DNA from: Dendrobates tinctorius
Taxonomy: Eukaryota
Length of the DNA stretch: 64,000 bases
Direction of reading: 5' to 3'
NCBI RefSeq assembly: GCF_039654945.1
Contig: NW_027361819.1
Span: 2,170,001-2,234,000 of the forward strand
Shown here piece by piece: positions 1-11,839 of this stretch. The notes under the pieces are model-generated. The model had not been told where the DNA came from and did not search any database. It was given only the letters and a program-made list of their open reading frames with translations. Both the position numbers and the translations under genes were made by a program. How positions within the stretch are numbered: the first letter of the stretch is position 1; the number at the start of each line of letters is the position of its first letter.

Positions 1-183
1 ACTGCTGCGCCGTGTATCTAATCCTATCCTGCGTGATACCGACTGCTGAGCCGTGTATCTAATCCTCTTCTGTGTGATACTGACTGCTGAGCCGTGTATC
101 TAATCCTCTCCTGTGTGATACTGACTGCTGAGCCGTGTATCTAATCCTATCCTGTGTGATACTGACTGCTGAGCCGTGTATCT
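1..183. repeat. 41-bp minisatellite (PRODH2 intron), truncated by the window
   Basis: Unit ACTGCTGAGCCGTGTATCTAATCCTCTCCTGTGTGATACTG at 1, 42, 83, 124 and 165. Confidence 0.92.
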
Positions 184-203
184 CAGCCCTGTGGTACGCC
201 CAC

Positions 204-3200
204 CTGTGCGCAGCGTGCAGCACGGACTCCTCGTTGTGGCTGGCGACGATCAGGTTGTGTTTCGCTCCGTCCTGTGCGATCAGCTCCAGCAGGTGATCCA
301 GTGATTGCTGGTAACTGGGGGTCAGAGGTCAGTGTTTGAATTCTGCAGTGATACAATGTATCATTCCGCAGCTCTGATCTCACTGACACACTGTAACAGC
401 CCCTCAGCGGTGTCCGCTCCACTTTCCTCACCTCCTGTTGGTGGCCGCCCAGTCGGGCTGGACGGGGTCCCTGTAACCCTTCTCTTTCGACAGTTTCCGC
501 TCCTTTTCCATATACGCCCCGCGGACCAACTTCACCCCGAAACAAAGGCCCAGAGTGTCCGCCGTGCGCAGGTCCTGGGTCAGGTTCTTGTATGAATGCT
601 CCATGACGGAAAGACAAAACAACAAGGGGGGTAACAGCCCATCCATGAGGGTGTCACCAACATAACGGCACCTCCCGCACGACCATGGCGTTCGCTCAAA
701 GGTACGTGGCCCCTTCTCCAAGTTGGGAGAGATCATCGAGCATCCCGACTGTTCTGTCTCCATGGCGACCGTCTTACCTTTGATACCTGGCCCCTTCCCC
801 AAGATGGCGGAGACCTTCAAGCACCCTGACTGTTCTGTCTCCATGGCGACTGTCTTACCTTTGGTACATGGCCCCTTCCCCAAGATGGCGGAGACCTTCA
901 AGCACCCTGACTGTTCTGTCTCCATGGTGACTGTCTTACCTTTGGTACAGGGCCCCTTCTCCAAGATGGCGGAGACCTTCAAGCACCCTGAATGTTCTGT
1001 CTCCATGGCGACTGTCTTACCTTTGATACATTGCCCCTTCTCCAAGATGGCGGAGACCTTCAAGCACCCTGACTGTTCTGTCTCCATGGCGACTGTCTTA
1101 CCTTTGGTACACGGCCCCTTCTCCAAGATGGCGGAGACCTTCAAGCACCCTGACTGTTCTGTCTCCATGGCGATTGTCTTATCTTTGATACATGGCCCCT
1201 TCTCCAAGATGGCAGAGACCATCAAGCACCCTGACTGTTCTGTCTCCATGACGACGTCTTACCTTTAAGTAGCACTGATAGGTGTTCCAGATCCAGGGCT
1301 CGTCCGTGTTGCTCTGGGCCATCATCGCCATGGTAACCAGGCTGAGCGCGGGGTTCACGTACGTGTACTCAGCATCCACCAGGACACGGACGCGCTTCGC
1401 CTTGGCGTGCTGTGGAGAGATCAGAGGCAGTGCACTGTACAGCAGGAAGCCAGGTGGTTGCTAGGCAACACTGCGCATTCGCCGTCCTCACCTTCCCGAC
1501 GCGGCTGAGCCTCCGCACCGCCGTCTGGAGATGCCGATTCTGCTCGTCGGACAGGAAGGGAAAAGCCGGATCCTGCGAGAACGACGGCGACGTTTACTAC
1601 GAGTGTCGTAAAACTGTGCCAATATGGCCGAAAAGCGGAGACGCCCCCCGTACCTGGCCCCCCATGATGGAGACGATCCGCTGAGGACTGAGCGCCGGCC
1701 GCTGAGACGGATCGGACAGACACACGGACAGAACCTTCTGATGACACGAGGGAGGAAGAGGAGACGTGGTGACCGGGTCTGATGGTTGTCGCTTCCCGCT
1801 CCCCCCAGCTTTACATTATGTGCCGCACTCACGCACAGGTCGGCGCTCATCAGGGCCGTGATTTTCAGCTGCATCATGGGACGGTCGCCTCCCGCCGAGG
1901 AGAGGTCCACGCACTTCAGCATGATCTCCTCGTTCTGCTCGTACCAGCGCTCCCTGCGAAATGATGCGGCAAACACGGAGCAAAGCGTTTACAGAAGACT
2001 GGGTGCAGTACCGATCATGGACTGCAGGTGGCACTGCTCCTGCTCAATACTAACAGAAGTGACATCTGCTGGCAGGAACTGGTACTGCAGCTCAAAATAT
2101 CAAAAAACATTTTTTTTTTCCGTTTTCGTTCTCATGTGTAGAGATGTAACTTCAGGCTCTAATGCAAAACCTATAGCAAGAGCCTACACCACCATTCAAA
2201 CACTCTCTGAGCCCCCTTAAAGCCAATGTGTTCATCAGATTAAGCACTATTGGTCATTAATGTATGATCTTTGAGAGGGGGTGTGGCTCACAGGATCCTC
2301 TTGGGCTGCTCTGAGCCACGCCCCCATGGAAAACACCATAAAGAGTAGAACCAAATAATAAGGCCCTTATCTCGAACCAAATTACAGATTAAAACAAAAG
2401 AAAGTGGAAAAATCAAGGGAACGGCAGGAAAAAAAATAACAAAACTGGTAAAAAATGTTATGCTACCACAATCCATATTAAAAATGTTACAATTTTCACA
2501 CCGACCCCTCATTCTTTTTTTTTAGCCTCTTCCTTATTATTCCAGGAAATTGAGGTGTACATTAGAAGCAATGAACAGACTCTGCACACGCTCATTAGAT
2601 GCTTCAATATATAAGAGAGCATCAAAGGTCATGGTGAAGGGAGGAAGAGGTGAGTTGTGACATCGAGGTGTTGTCAGTCATTGTACAGGAGGAGGTGAGC
2701 TGTATATTGAGGTGCCATCATTGTAATCCTGCCTCTGCTGATAATGAAGCTGCTGTAAAATCATCCTGAATTACAAGGAGTATAAAAGAGTGAATGGTGT
2801 CAAAGTGCAAGATTGCTAATTTTGTGCTGCAGTACCACCTTTAACCTGAAGGTGGCAGTTTCCATTGTTGGTGACATCTGCTGGCAGTTGTTGGTAATGT
2901 GACCTTATATATATCTATCTTCAATGTAATATTTTTCTTAATGAAGTGTAGACATTGGGGTAACGTGAGGCTTCCGGGGCCCGATGCAAACCATTTATAT
3001 GATCTGGGCCTATAATTTAGCTGACATATAAGCAGCTGCTACCACCACTGGCAGGAGGGTGGGGGGGGGTCATTCATACTGACTGTTTCCACTATTACAT
3101 TAGGAAAGCAGGACAATAAAATCACACATGAAATATGTTGCAGTGCCCCCTAGTGGTCAGGTTATGTATCATGGCTCCCAGCTCACCCGCTTTTGCTTTC

Positions 3201-3898
3201 GCCCAAGTCCTCCTCGATGGGTACAGCCAACATGGGGCGAATGCCGAGCAGCGCCAGCCGCTCCGTACAGGCCCGGATCTCAGGGAGGGTCTCTCCGGCG
3301 ACAAACTGGCCGTACACCGAGCCTCTCATGCCCCATTCAAAGAGTCTGCGGCCCAGGAGCCTGCGAGCCACGGAGAGAAGCTGCGGGGAGAAGAATCAGA
3401 CATGGAGGAGATCGGGGGTCTGAACATCGGGGGTCCGATCCTGTGTGAGAGATGCGTCTTAACCTGGTCTGACACATTGTAACAAGTCTCTGCAGTGAGC
3501 GCAGGCTGCGGACCGGACGGCTGTTACAATGCGTCGTCTGGGGAGGATCTGATGCAACTGTAACAGACCCTCAGCTGTGCGCACAGGTCTGGGATCAGTC
3601 AGGACAATGCTCTGATGGTTCAGCCTGATACACTGCAGCGAACCCTCAGCTGTGACCAGTCAGCGGTGACGTTTCCGGCACTCACCTTGTCGGAGTTCCT
3701 CACCAGAGTGGGCACAGAGCAGAGCCGGAATATGAGCAGCCCCCGCACCACCTCCCAGCCGCTCTTCAGCCTGAAAGCCTTTCCATCTGAAAAACTGAGC
3801 GCCGGTCCCGGCCCGTGAGCGAACGCCTTACAGGACCAAGTCCAGACCCGGGGCGAGAGCCACAACCCAGAACGCAGGCAGCGAGCGAAGCGCCACAT
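204..3898 (-). CDS. PRODH2: Hydroxyproline dehydrogenase (proline dehydrogenase 2), multi-exon, 3'-partial
   Basis: Phase-consistent GT-AG exons: 3686-3898, 3187-3380, 1833-1953, 1654-1737, 1492-1572, 1263-1409, 432-598, 204-314. Motifs YGQFVAGET, VDAEYTYVNPAL, WNTYQCYLK, GVKLVRGAY and IVASHNEESV. YGQF/GET and DAEYT favour PRODH2 over PRODH (YGHF/GED, DAEQT). Remaining exons lie left of the window. Confidence 0.92.
700..1262. repeat. 81-bp minisatellite (about 7 copies), PRODH2 intron 6
   Basis: 27-aa periodicity in ORFs 428-1249 and 723-1268. Confidence 0.93.
3143..3156 (-). promoter_or_regulatory. Candidate CTCF site (PRODH2 intron 2)
   Basis: CCACTAGGGGGCAC matches the CTCF core consensus. 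Confidence 0.5.
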
Positions 3899-4735
3899 GA
3901 TCAGTGCAGCTCGGGGACACCTGCGGACTGCAGTGAGCGCGGGGGGACAGTCAGTGACCAATGACCGCGCACGTGGGACGGCGGCAGCTGTGTACATAAA
4001 TGATGGCCCCACCGCAGGGGATGACGGGGTTAACACATATGTATATAGGGACGGGACACTTATTAACCCATTGCTGAGCGCTTCACCAGCGGCCGATTAG
4101 TCAGCGACAGGTCCGACCGCGCAGGGGGCAATGTAATAAAGGTCACCCATGCTCTGAGATGACACCGCAGAGCAATGTCCACATCCACCACCAGGGAGCA
4201 GCAAAGGGGGAAAATCTCCTCTACAGACCACTACGCACAATACCGGGGTCCCAGCCCCCGTCTCCCCATTATTCAGGCGGAGCACCATGGTTCATAGAGA
4301 CGCAGGAACCGTAAAGAATCAGGCTGCATCCCTGCGTAAGGCAGAAAAGGTGCAATTACTGAGCTCCACCACCAGAGGGAGCCGCTGCATCCCAACCTCC
4401 TGCTCTTAAAGGGCCCTTGTCCCAATTTGCATTTTGATGACCTGTGGGAACGGTCGCATCTGTCCAGACCCAAGGATTTATCGCACGGAGCGGCAGCTGA
4501 AACACTTCTCACAAGGGGAAGTTACCGTCTGCAGACCTATGTAAACCGCTGGAGTGGCGGAGGATTGGGGGGGGGGGGGGGGGGATGTCCTAGGTGACCC
4601 CCGTCCCTTTAAGGTCATGCAGACAGTATACACAGACGGCGGCGGGGTTCACTCCAATATCTTTATTAAGAGACATGATGGCAAGGAAATAAAAAATAAC
4701 AGACAGATCGTCGCCGATCTTGGGGTCCGGACAGA

Positions 4736-7700
4736 TCAGTAATTGTTCTGGTTCTGCTGGTCTCGCCGGTAGCCGCGCCGCATGTAGCCGCCCTCCTTCC
4801 TCTGGTACGAGTCTTTTTGGTCTGGAAAATTAGAGAAAGAAAATGTAAGAGAAGATGGAGGCGCGATGACTCAATGTCACCACCAGAGGACGCAGCTGCA
4901 CACATCTACAGCCTCTCAGGGCATGCTGGGAGCTGTAGTTCGGCAGCAGCTGGAGAGCCACAAGTGACCCGTGAATGACTGGACAGGACGGAGACAAGAT
5001 GGAGATAAGCGGCATCAGATCGTGCGGTGCCGCTCATCTCCAAGATGAAGACATGGTAATGAGATGCCAGCACAGCCCCTGCTGCAAAACCACAACTCCC
5101 AGCAAGTCCTAACACTTGCAGGCTGAGACTTGTAATGAGGCCACAGATTGGAGAGCGCTGCATTACAGGGAACAGGACGTGAGGTGTGCAGCGCGGTAAA
5201 GCTTCCCCGCCCCCTCAGGATGATGGATGTGAATGAGGAGACGTCACGAGCAGAGAAGCCCCTGAACCTGTCGTCACCCACCCGCCGCTCGCACAACTCC
5301 CAGCATGCTGAGACACGCCGGCAGTAGTAGTACTACAATAGCTGGAGCGCGGCAGGGATGATGAGGGTTAGTGACGAGCAGGAGCCTGCAGCGCACACAG
5401 CCGTCCTCACCGCGATTGAAGTATCCCCCGTAGCTGCCCTGCTTGTGGTCGAAGATGCGCTCGTTGTTCTCCACCAGGTTCCCGAGCTTCTCTGCCAGCT
5501 GCAGAGCCGTGTTCTGGAGGGAGCTGGGCTCCGTGCCGTGCATCACCACCGTCTGGGTGGGCTGATCCAGCGAAGCCTGCGGAGGAGAACGGGGTCATCA
5601 GATAGGAAGCATAGGGCGAAGAAATGAAGGGAAGGTGCCTGGCGCACAACAGGAGGGATGAAAGCGCAAGACGAAGAAGAGGAGGGGAAAGGCGCAAGAT
5701 AGACGAGCGGAACAGGCGCGCAGACGACGAGCGGAACAGGCGCGCAGACGACGAGCGGAACAGGCGCGCAGACGACGAGCGGAACAGGTGTAGAAAAGGC
5801 GGGGAACAGAATACACATCAGCAGAGTGCAGACTCTGGAGGGAGCTGGGGGTCCGGTCGTGGCAGGCAGCTCCACTACTCACCATGAGCTCCTCGTTGAT
5901 GATCATCTTGCTGATGATGCTGTGGACGGTGGGAATCTCCAGCTGGAACATGTCGCCCAAGATGCCCATCCTGAGGGGAGAGGAGGAAGAGAATTGTGAC
6001 CCCCGAGCATTTCACGGCCGCACCGGGGTCCCGTCAGGCTAATATAGACACTGTCTGTTGCGGTCAGTGAATGGAAACTTATGGTGCATTATGAGGCTGC
6101 ATTCGGCAGAGATCAGGCACAGGCTGATACCTGTAGTTTGCAGGAGAGCCTCAGATTGGAGGTGGGTGGGCGCTCGGGGGTCTCACCTGATGGAGTCGTA
6201 CACGCTGCTGTATGTGAATAGATACGTCCTCAGTGATTCCTCCTGTATCTTCCTGCAGGAAGCATAGAACATTTACTATCATATCCCGACACAACAACCC
6301 CTCCCCCCCCCCAATATGGCGGACCCCGTCCTCACCTGACCAGCATGTTGCGCACACGTTCCGCCTCCGGGAACAGATCCCACACTTTCCCGTTCATCTT
6401 CTCGTTGATTATGAAGTTGCGGCAGGTTTTCCAGTCGCCCATCTTCATGGCTTTGGACGCGGCCACCACGTGCTCCCTCATACTTTCTGGGGGGCCTGCG
6501 GAGAAAGGAGAGTGGTCAACAAGAGCTGAGCACAGACACGTCTCACAGACCAATATGGCTGCCGTCCGACTCACCCAGCAGCGGCTGCCGCTCGCCCACA
6601 CGCAGCTGGTGGTGGAACTGTTTGCTGATCATCCTCCTGCGGGCATCAAACTCATGCGCCGCCATGTACGGGATCTCCAGCAGCATGGCAGACACCAGGT
6701 AGACGCACTCCAGCAGCTCCAGGTTGATGTGCATGTGGAAGGGGATCTGTCGCCGCTTCTCGATCTTCTCCTGCTCCTGGTTCCTCTCCTGCATGGTCCT
6801 CATCAGCAGCCCCTGCCCCAGCAGCTCCTTGGCTCTACCGCTGGACTGGATGTCCAGGAGGGCATTGTGGGCGTCCCGGATCATGCCCTGCCGGAAGGCG
6901 CAGATACCCAGCTGGACCATGGTGCGGTTATATAGGATCTAGAGGCAACGAGAGGGCGCGATAAAGGGGTCAGGGGGGTTAAAAAGTCAGGATGGACACA
7001 AGGGGCCCGGGTCGCCCTTACCTGCACAGGAGGATCAGCGTGCTGGATGTTGTCTTGCAGGTGAGACATGAGCATCAGGTCTCGGGCCTGAAACCAGCGG
7101 TTGTGCAGGGCGTGGTGGTAGATGTGGCACAGGATGGCGCAGGTGCGGATCCGGTCCGTCCTGTCCTTGGCGTATATGTACTTGGAGAGTCGGTCCATCA
7201 GGATGGCGCTGTCCTCCGCCTCGTTTTCCGCCTGGTCCTGTTCTGACTGCAGAGAAGGAAGGAAGGTCAGGACGGAGGTGAGAAGACCACCAGCGGGTCA
7301 CCACTTCCCCTGCCCGACCGTCACCTTAGACTCCTGCTCGGTGCTGAGCTGCCGCTGATGCGCTTTGTAGTCAAACTTGTAGTAGGTGTGCATGATCCTG
7401 CGGAGATAGATCCGGCAGATCTCCTCCGTGCTGCCCTTCTCCTGCAGGTATTTCTGGGCTCGCTCAATCACCTCGCACACCCGCGCCTCGTCCTTCAGGT
7501 TGTCCACGTACTCTGCAAGGAGCAAGTAAGGAGATGACATGTTACCTGGGGTCACCCGGACAGCGGCACCACCCAGGAGTCCCGATATGAAGCAGCAGAA
7601 CCCCAGGGTCACCCAGCCGGGGGTCGCACCACCCAGGGGTCCCGATACAAAGCAGGATGGTCGCGGAAGGGTCCCGATACGAAGCAGCAGAACCCAGAGG

Positions 7701-10700
7701 TCACACCACCCAGGGGTCCACATACAAAGCAGCAGAACCCCGGGGTCACTCAGCCAGGGGTCGCACAACCTAGGGGTCCAGATACGAAGCAGCAGAACCC
7801 CGGGGTCACCCGGCGGTGGCATCACCCAGGGGTCCAGATATGAAGTTTACTTTTCTTCTGTCAGTGAATGGAAAACCTGTTCAGACCAATACCAGTTATC
7901 TGTCATATGTGCCAACCCCATCACACACATCTCCGGGCCGGATCTCAGGGCGCTGCAGCACCTCTTTGAGGGCACAATACAAGCCAGCTCCTCGTACCTT
8001 GTGAGTGCGGGTCCGTGTTCTGCATGATTTTGGTGAACTCTTCATCCATCCTCTCGATCAGGGTGAGAATGCAGCCGCGGACGCGGAGAGGCTGGAGGGG
8101 AGGGAGAAGAGTAGGATATAAGTAAGTGCACCCCCATATAATAAGGGTGGAGGGGAGGGTCCGGGCAGCTGTGACATCTGGTCCTGACTCATTACTGACT
8201 ACATCTCCCAGACGAGCCAGCACTAGGATGTCCTTGGTTATAGTTCTACAGGATATACAGCATGCTGGGAGTTGTAGTTCTCCGACGCTCACCTGGTCTG
8301 AGACGATGAGATTTTCGGAGTCTTCGGAGATGTTCTCCCCGATGAACATGTTGGAGTTGGAGAAGAGGATATCCAGCAGGTCGTTGATGCACTCCAGGCA
8401 TTTCTTCCACATGTCGGCCTGCGCATGGAGGAAGGGGTTAAGTGGCATGATCGAGGTTTTTGCTTTGCTGCGTTTTGATCATTGGGCGACGCTACCTTCA
8501 TGTACGCGGCCAGATTGGGGTTGTAGTCGTATAGAGACGCCACAATGTTGAACTTGATCTTCACGGCGACTCCCTGCCCCAAATTATTTTCTTCCGAGAT
8601 TGCAACAAGCAAATTCAGGAGCTCGATCTGTGCGGCCCTGAGAGGAGGCAAACACCGGGGGGTCAGAGGACACCCGGGGTCAGAGGACACCCTCCAACCT
8701 CCTGTTACCTGTCCGTGCCCTTCTTCCCTCGGGCCTGAAGGATCTCGTTCAACTTCTTCACCACAATGGGGGGAGTGATCTCGGTGCCTTTAGCAAACAT
8801 CTTGGGCTTTTCCTGTAGGAGGTAGAAAAGACTGATGAGAGGTCGGAGGGCGAAGAGAGCCCCCCGAAGCCCCCACAATCTCCTCCAGGTCTCACCTTCA
8901 CCATGGGCGCACCCCCTTTGACCTTCTCCCACTCTCCTCCGGCTTCGCTCTCGTCCATCTCCCCCTCCAGCCCCTCGTCCGCTATGGTCTTCACTTTCCG
9001 ATCCTGCTTCTTCTTGATCTTTTCTTCCTTCTTCTTTTCGGTGGACTGACGATCTGACTGTCCTCCGGTCCTGCGAGGCAGCAAAGCGTCAGCTCATCGA
9101 CAGCAGCGGAGCCGGACCCTCCATCCAAGAAGTGGTCGGATGAGGGACCCCCCAAGCTTTACTCACTTTTTAAGGAACCGGGCGGCCAGAGTGGTGTATT
9201 TGTCGTCTTCGTCCTCGGATTCGGAGTCAGAGTCCTCGGAGTCGGACTCCCAGATTTCATCGTCGGAGGATTCTTCGTCGTCCTCCGCGTCCTGACACAA
9301 GAGCACAAGGTTAATGGCGCATTGATAAAATTCCTTTAATCCGGCACTGACACGTGAATAATCTGCTGTCACTTTAAGAGTTACGCCCCCAAATGACTGT
9401 TTACCACGACCCACTGCCTTATAAAAGGTGCCGGAATATCAGACTTTCCAAATTAATGGACTCCAGATACTTAGCGACATCAGACATTGGTACCCAGAAT
9501 CCTCCTCACCTCGGCTTTCTTCTGTAACTTGCCGCGGGCGTCCGCAGGAGCGGATTCGGCCTTCTTGAGGAACTTGCTGGCGCTGATGCCTTCACCTTTG
9601 TCATCATCGCTGGACATTGAGGCTGAAGAGGAGGAAACACGAGAATAGACGGATGCAGGAAACATGGCCGCCGGCAACGCTCCGCACAAGGTACACACTC
9701 ACCTTCGGAGTCGTCTTCATCCTCATCCTTGTCTTGGTCTTCATCTGCCGACTCCTCGGGGTTCTGGGAAATGGAAATATATGTGGGCGAGTATCAGACT
9801 TGGTGCCAGCTCTCCCTGGGGGAAGCACTTTACACACGCACACCGCTTTCCTGTTCTGCCAGATCGTCTCACCTGCTTATAGGCGGAGATCGGGGCCTCA
9901 AAATCGCGGTTGTACTTGCGCAGTTTCTGGCGCAGCGTGCTCAGGGCTTTGGCATTGTTCTTGTTCATCTTCTTCTTGCCTTCCTTATCTTCCCAGAGCT
10001 GCGGGAAAAAAGACAGAGGCAGGTGATGGGGATTTGGGGTCAGTTCACACTATCGATTTTACGTTTTAACGAAGCGTCAAAAATAGGAAGAGAAGGCTGC
10101 GATTTCCACTGCATAAAACGCATGACGTACAGGAGGCAGCCGCTCCAGCCTCCCTGCAATAACATCATGCCAGTCCACTGATTAACCGCGGCCATCACTG
10201 CAGCACAGCAGACAAAGGAGCGGAGTCACCAGATAAGAAACGCGTCTATTATTTTATGGCCACGTTCTTCCATTATTGTGCACAGTCCCTTTATTTCTGC
10301 GGCTGTTATTTGCAGAAGTGACCAGCAGAGGGAGCTGCAGTCTGCAGAGAGCGCTCCCTCCGGCGGCAGCTGCAGTCTGCAGAGAGCGCTCCCTCCGGCG
10401 GCAGCTGCAGTCTGCAGAGAGCGCTCCCTCCGGCGGCAGCTGCAGTCTGCAGAGAGCGCTCCCTCCGGCGGCAGCTGCAGTCTGCAGAGAGCGCTCCCTC
10501 CGGCGGCAGCTGCAGTCTGCAGAGAGCGCTCCCTCCGGCGGCAGCTGCAGTCTGCAGAGAGCGCTCCCTCCGGCGGCAGCTGCAGTCTGCAGAGAGCGCT
10601 CCCTCCGGCGGCAGCTGCAGTCTGCAGAGAGCGCTCCCTCCGGCGGCAGCTGCAGTCTGCAGAGAGCGCTCCCTCCGGCGGCAGCTGCAGTCTGCAGAGA

Positions 10701-11545
10701 GCGCTCCCTCCGGCGGCAGCTGCAGTCTGCAGAGAGCGCTCCCTCCGGTGGCAGCTGCAGTCTGCAGAGAGCGCTCCCTCCGGCGGCAGCTGCAGTCTGC
10801 AGAGAGCGCTCCCTCCGGCGGCAGCTGCAGTCTGCAGAGAGCGCTCCCTCCGGCGGCAGCTGCAGTCTGCAGAGAGCGCTCCCTCCGGCGGCAGCTGCAG
10901 TCTGCAGAGAGCGCTCCCTCCGGCGGCAGCTGCAGTCTGCAGAGAGCGCTCCCTCTACTGGAAGCTGCAGACAGATGCAGCAGTACAGGGCGATTTTGGG
11001 TGGAGCTCCCCTTATACCTCGTTCAGGTAGTCCTCCAGGTCGGACAGCAGGCGGATATAGAAGCGAGGGACGCCCTCCTTGTCCACTATGTTCTTGGCCT
11101 TGATGTAGGCTTTCCCCAGCTGCTCGAACTCCTCCAGACACTTGGTCATGTCGCGGATCTTCATGGCGTTGCGGATCGTCTTGATGATGTTCGTCAGCTC
11201 CTCAAACCTGAGCGACACAAGAGACGGGGTGAACGGGCGACGCTCCGGACAACAGTGGTAATATGGGGGGTGTCCGCTATCACCCACCTCTTATCCTTGG
11301 CGCTGCGCACCACGCGCTTTGTGTCCTCCTCGTCATCGCTGAGAATAATCGGCCTAAATGTGAGCACAGAAAGGGGGAGACTGTCAGATTCCTGCGATCG
11401 CCCCCCCCAAATCCACCCGGGAGGTAGGAGGAGGAGACACTCACTGTTTGCCGTAGGTGCCCCCCACTGGTTTGGGGAGGATCTCGTCTCCGGACAGCGA
11501 TGACTCCGACTCACTGTCTGAGCCGGTGGCGAAAAAACGGGACAT
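4736..11545 (-). CDS. EIF3C: Eukaryotic translation initiation factor 3 subunit C (20 coding exons, about 921 aa)
   Basis: Starts [15 protein letters not shown] at 11545. Coding exons: 11445-11545, 11288-11353, 11018-11207, 9873-9998, 9703-9763, 9510-9622, 9167-9291, 8896-9070, 8709-8812, 8496-8637, 8293-8418, 7998-8091, 7325-7512, 7022-7246, 6575-6938, 6336-6495, 6187-6252, 5883-5970, 5411-5576, 4736-4821 (sum 2766 nt, phases consistent). Contains [16 protein letters not shown] and the PCI region. AATAAA on - at 4662-4667. Confidence 0.97.
5700..5790. repeat. 24-bp tandem repeat (about 3.5 copies)
   Basis: Unit GACGAGCGGAACAGGCGCGCAGAC. Confidence 0.85.
7545..7845. repeat. Degenerate ~58-bp tandem repeat in an EIF3C intron
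   Basis: Recurrent GGGGTCC..GATA..AAGCAGCAGAACCC..GGGTCAC. Confidence 0.7.
10333..10961. repeat. 35-bp minisatellite (about 18 near-identical copies) in an EIF3C intron
   Basis: Unit GCAGCTGCAGTCTGCAGAGAGCGCTCCCTCCGGCG. Confidence 0.96.
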
Positions 11546-11839
11546 GGCGGCGGACAGAAGAGCGCGTCACTCAGCACTGAGGAGGAAGAAGGATACAGAA
11601 TACTCAATGCTGAGGGCTCGTTACAATGTGTCAGTGCAGAAGCAAATACGTCTGCCGGGGCTACGGGCGTACCAGCTGTGGGGGCATACGGAATTAAGGG
11701 GTCTTATTGTGGGGGAGAGGAGAGCACTGAGAGACGTCGCTCATCTCTGGGGGCTGTGAATCGTCAGCTTCTGGAATCACACACAGACCGCTGCTGCCAA
11801 TCACCAGAGATGGGATCAGCAATACTGCAGGGTCTGTGG

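Noticed and set aside
428-1268. 273-aa and 181-aa ORFs with 27-aa repeats
   Set aside because: They come from the 81-bp intronic minisatellite. Only 432-598 is a real PRODH2 exon, and intron retention hits a stop at 1179.
10254-11141. 250-295-aa repetitive ORFs
   Set aside because: Translations of the 35-bp minisatellite.
4822-11444. Intronic snoRNAs in EIF3C
   Set aside because: No convincing C/D or H/ACA box arrangement with terminal stems was seen by eye; an Infernal search would be needed.
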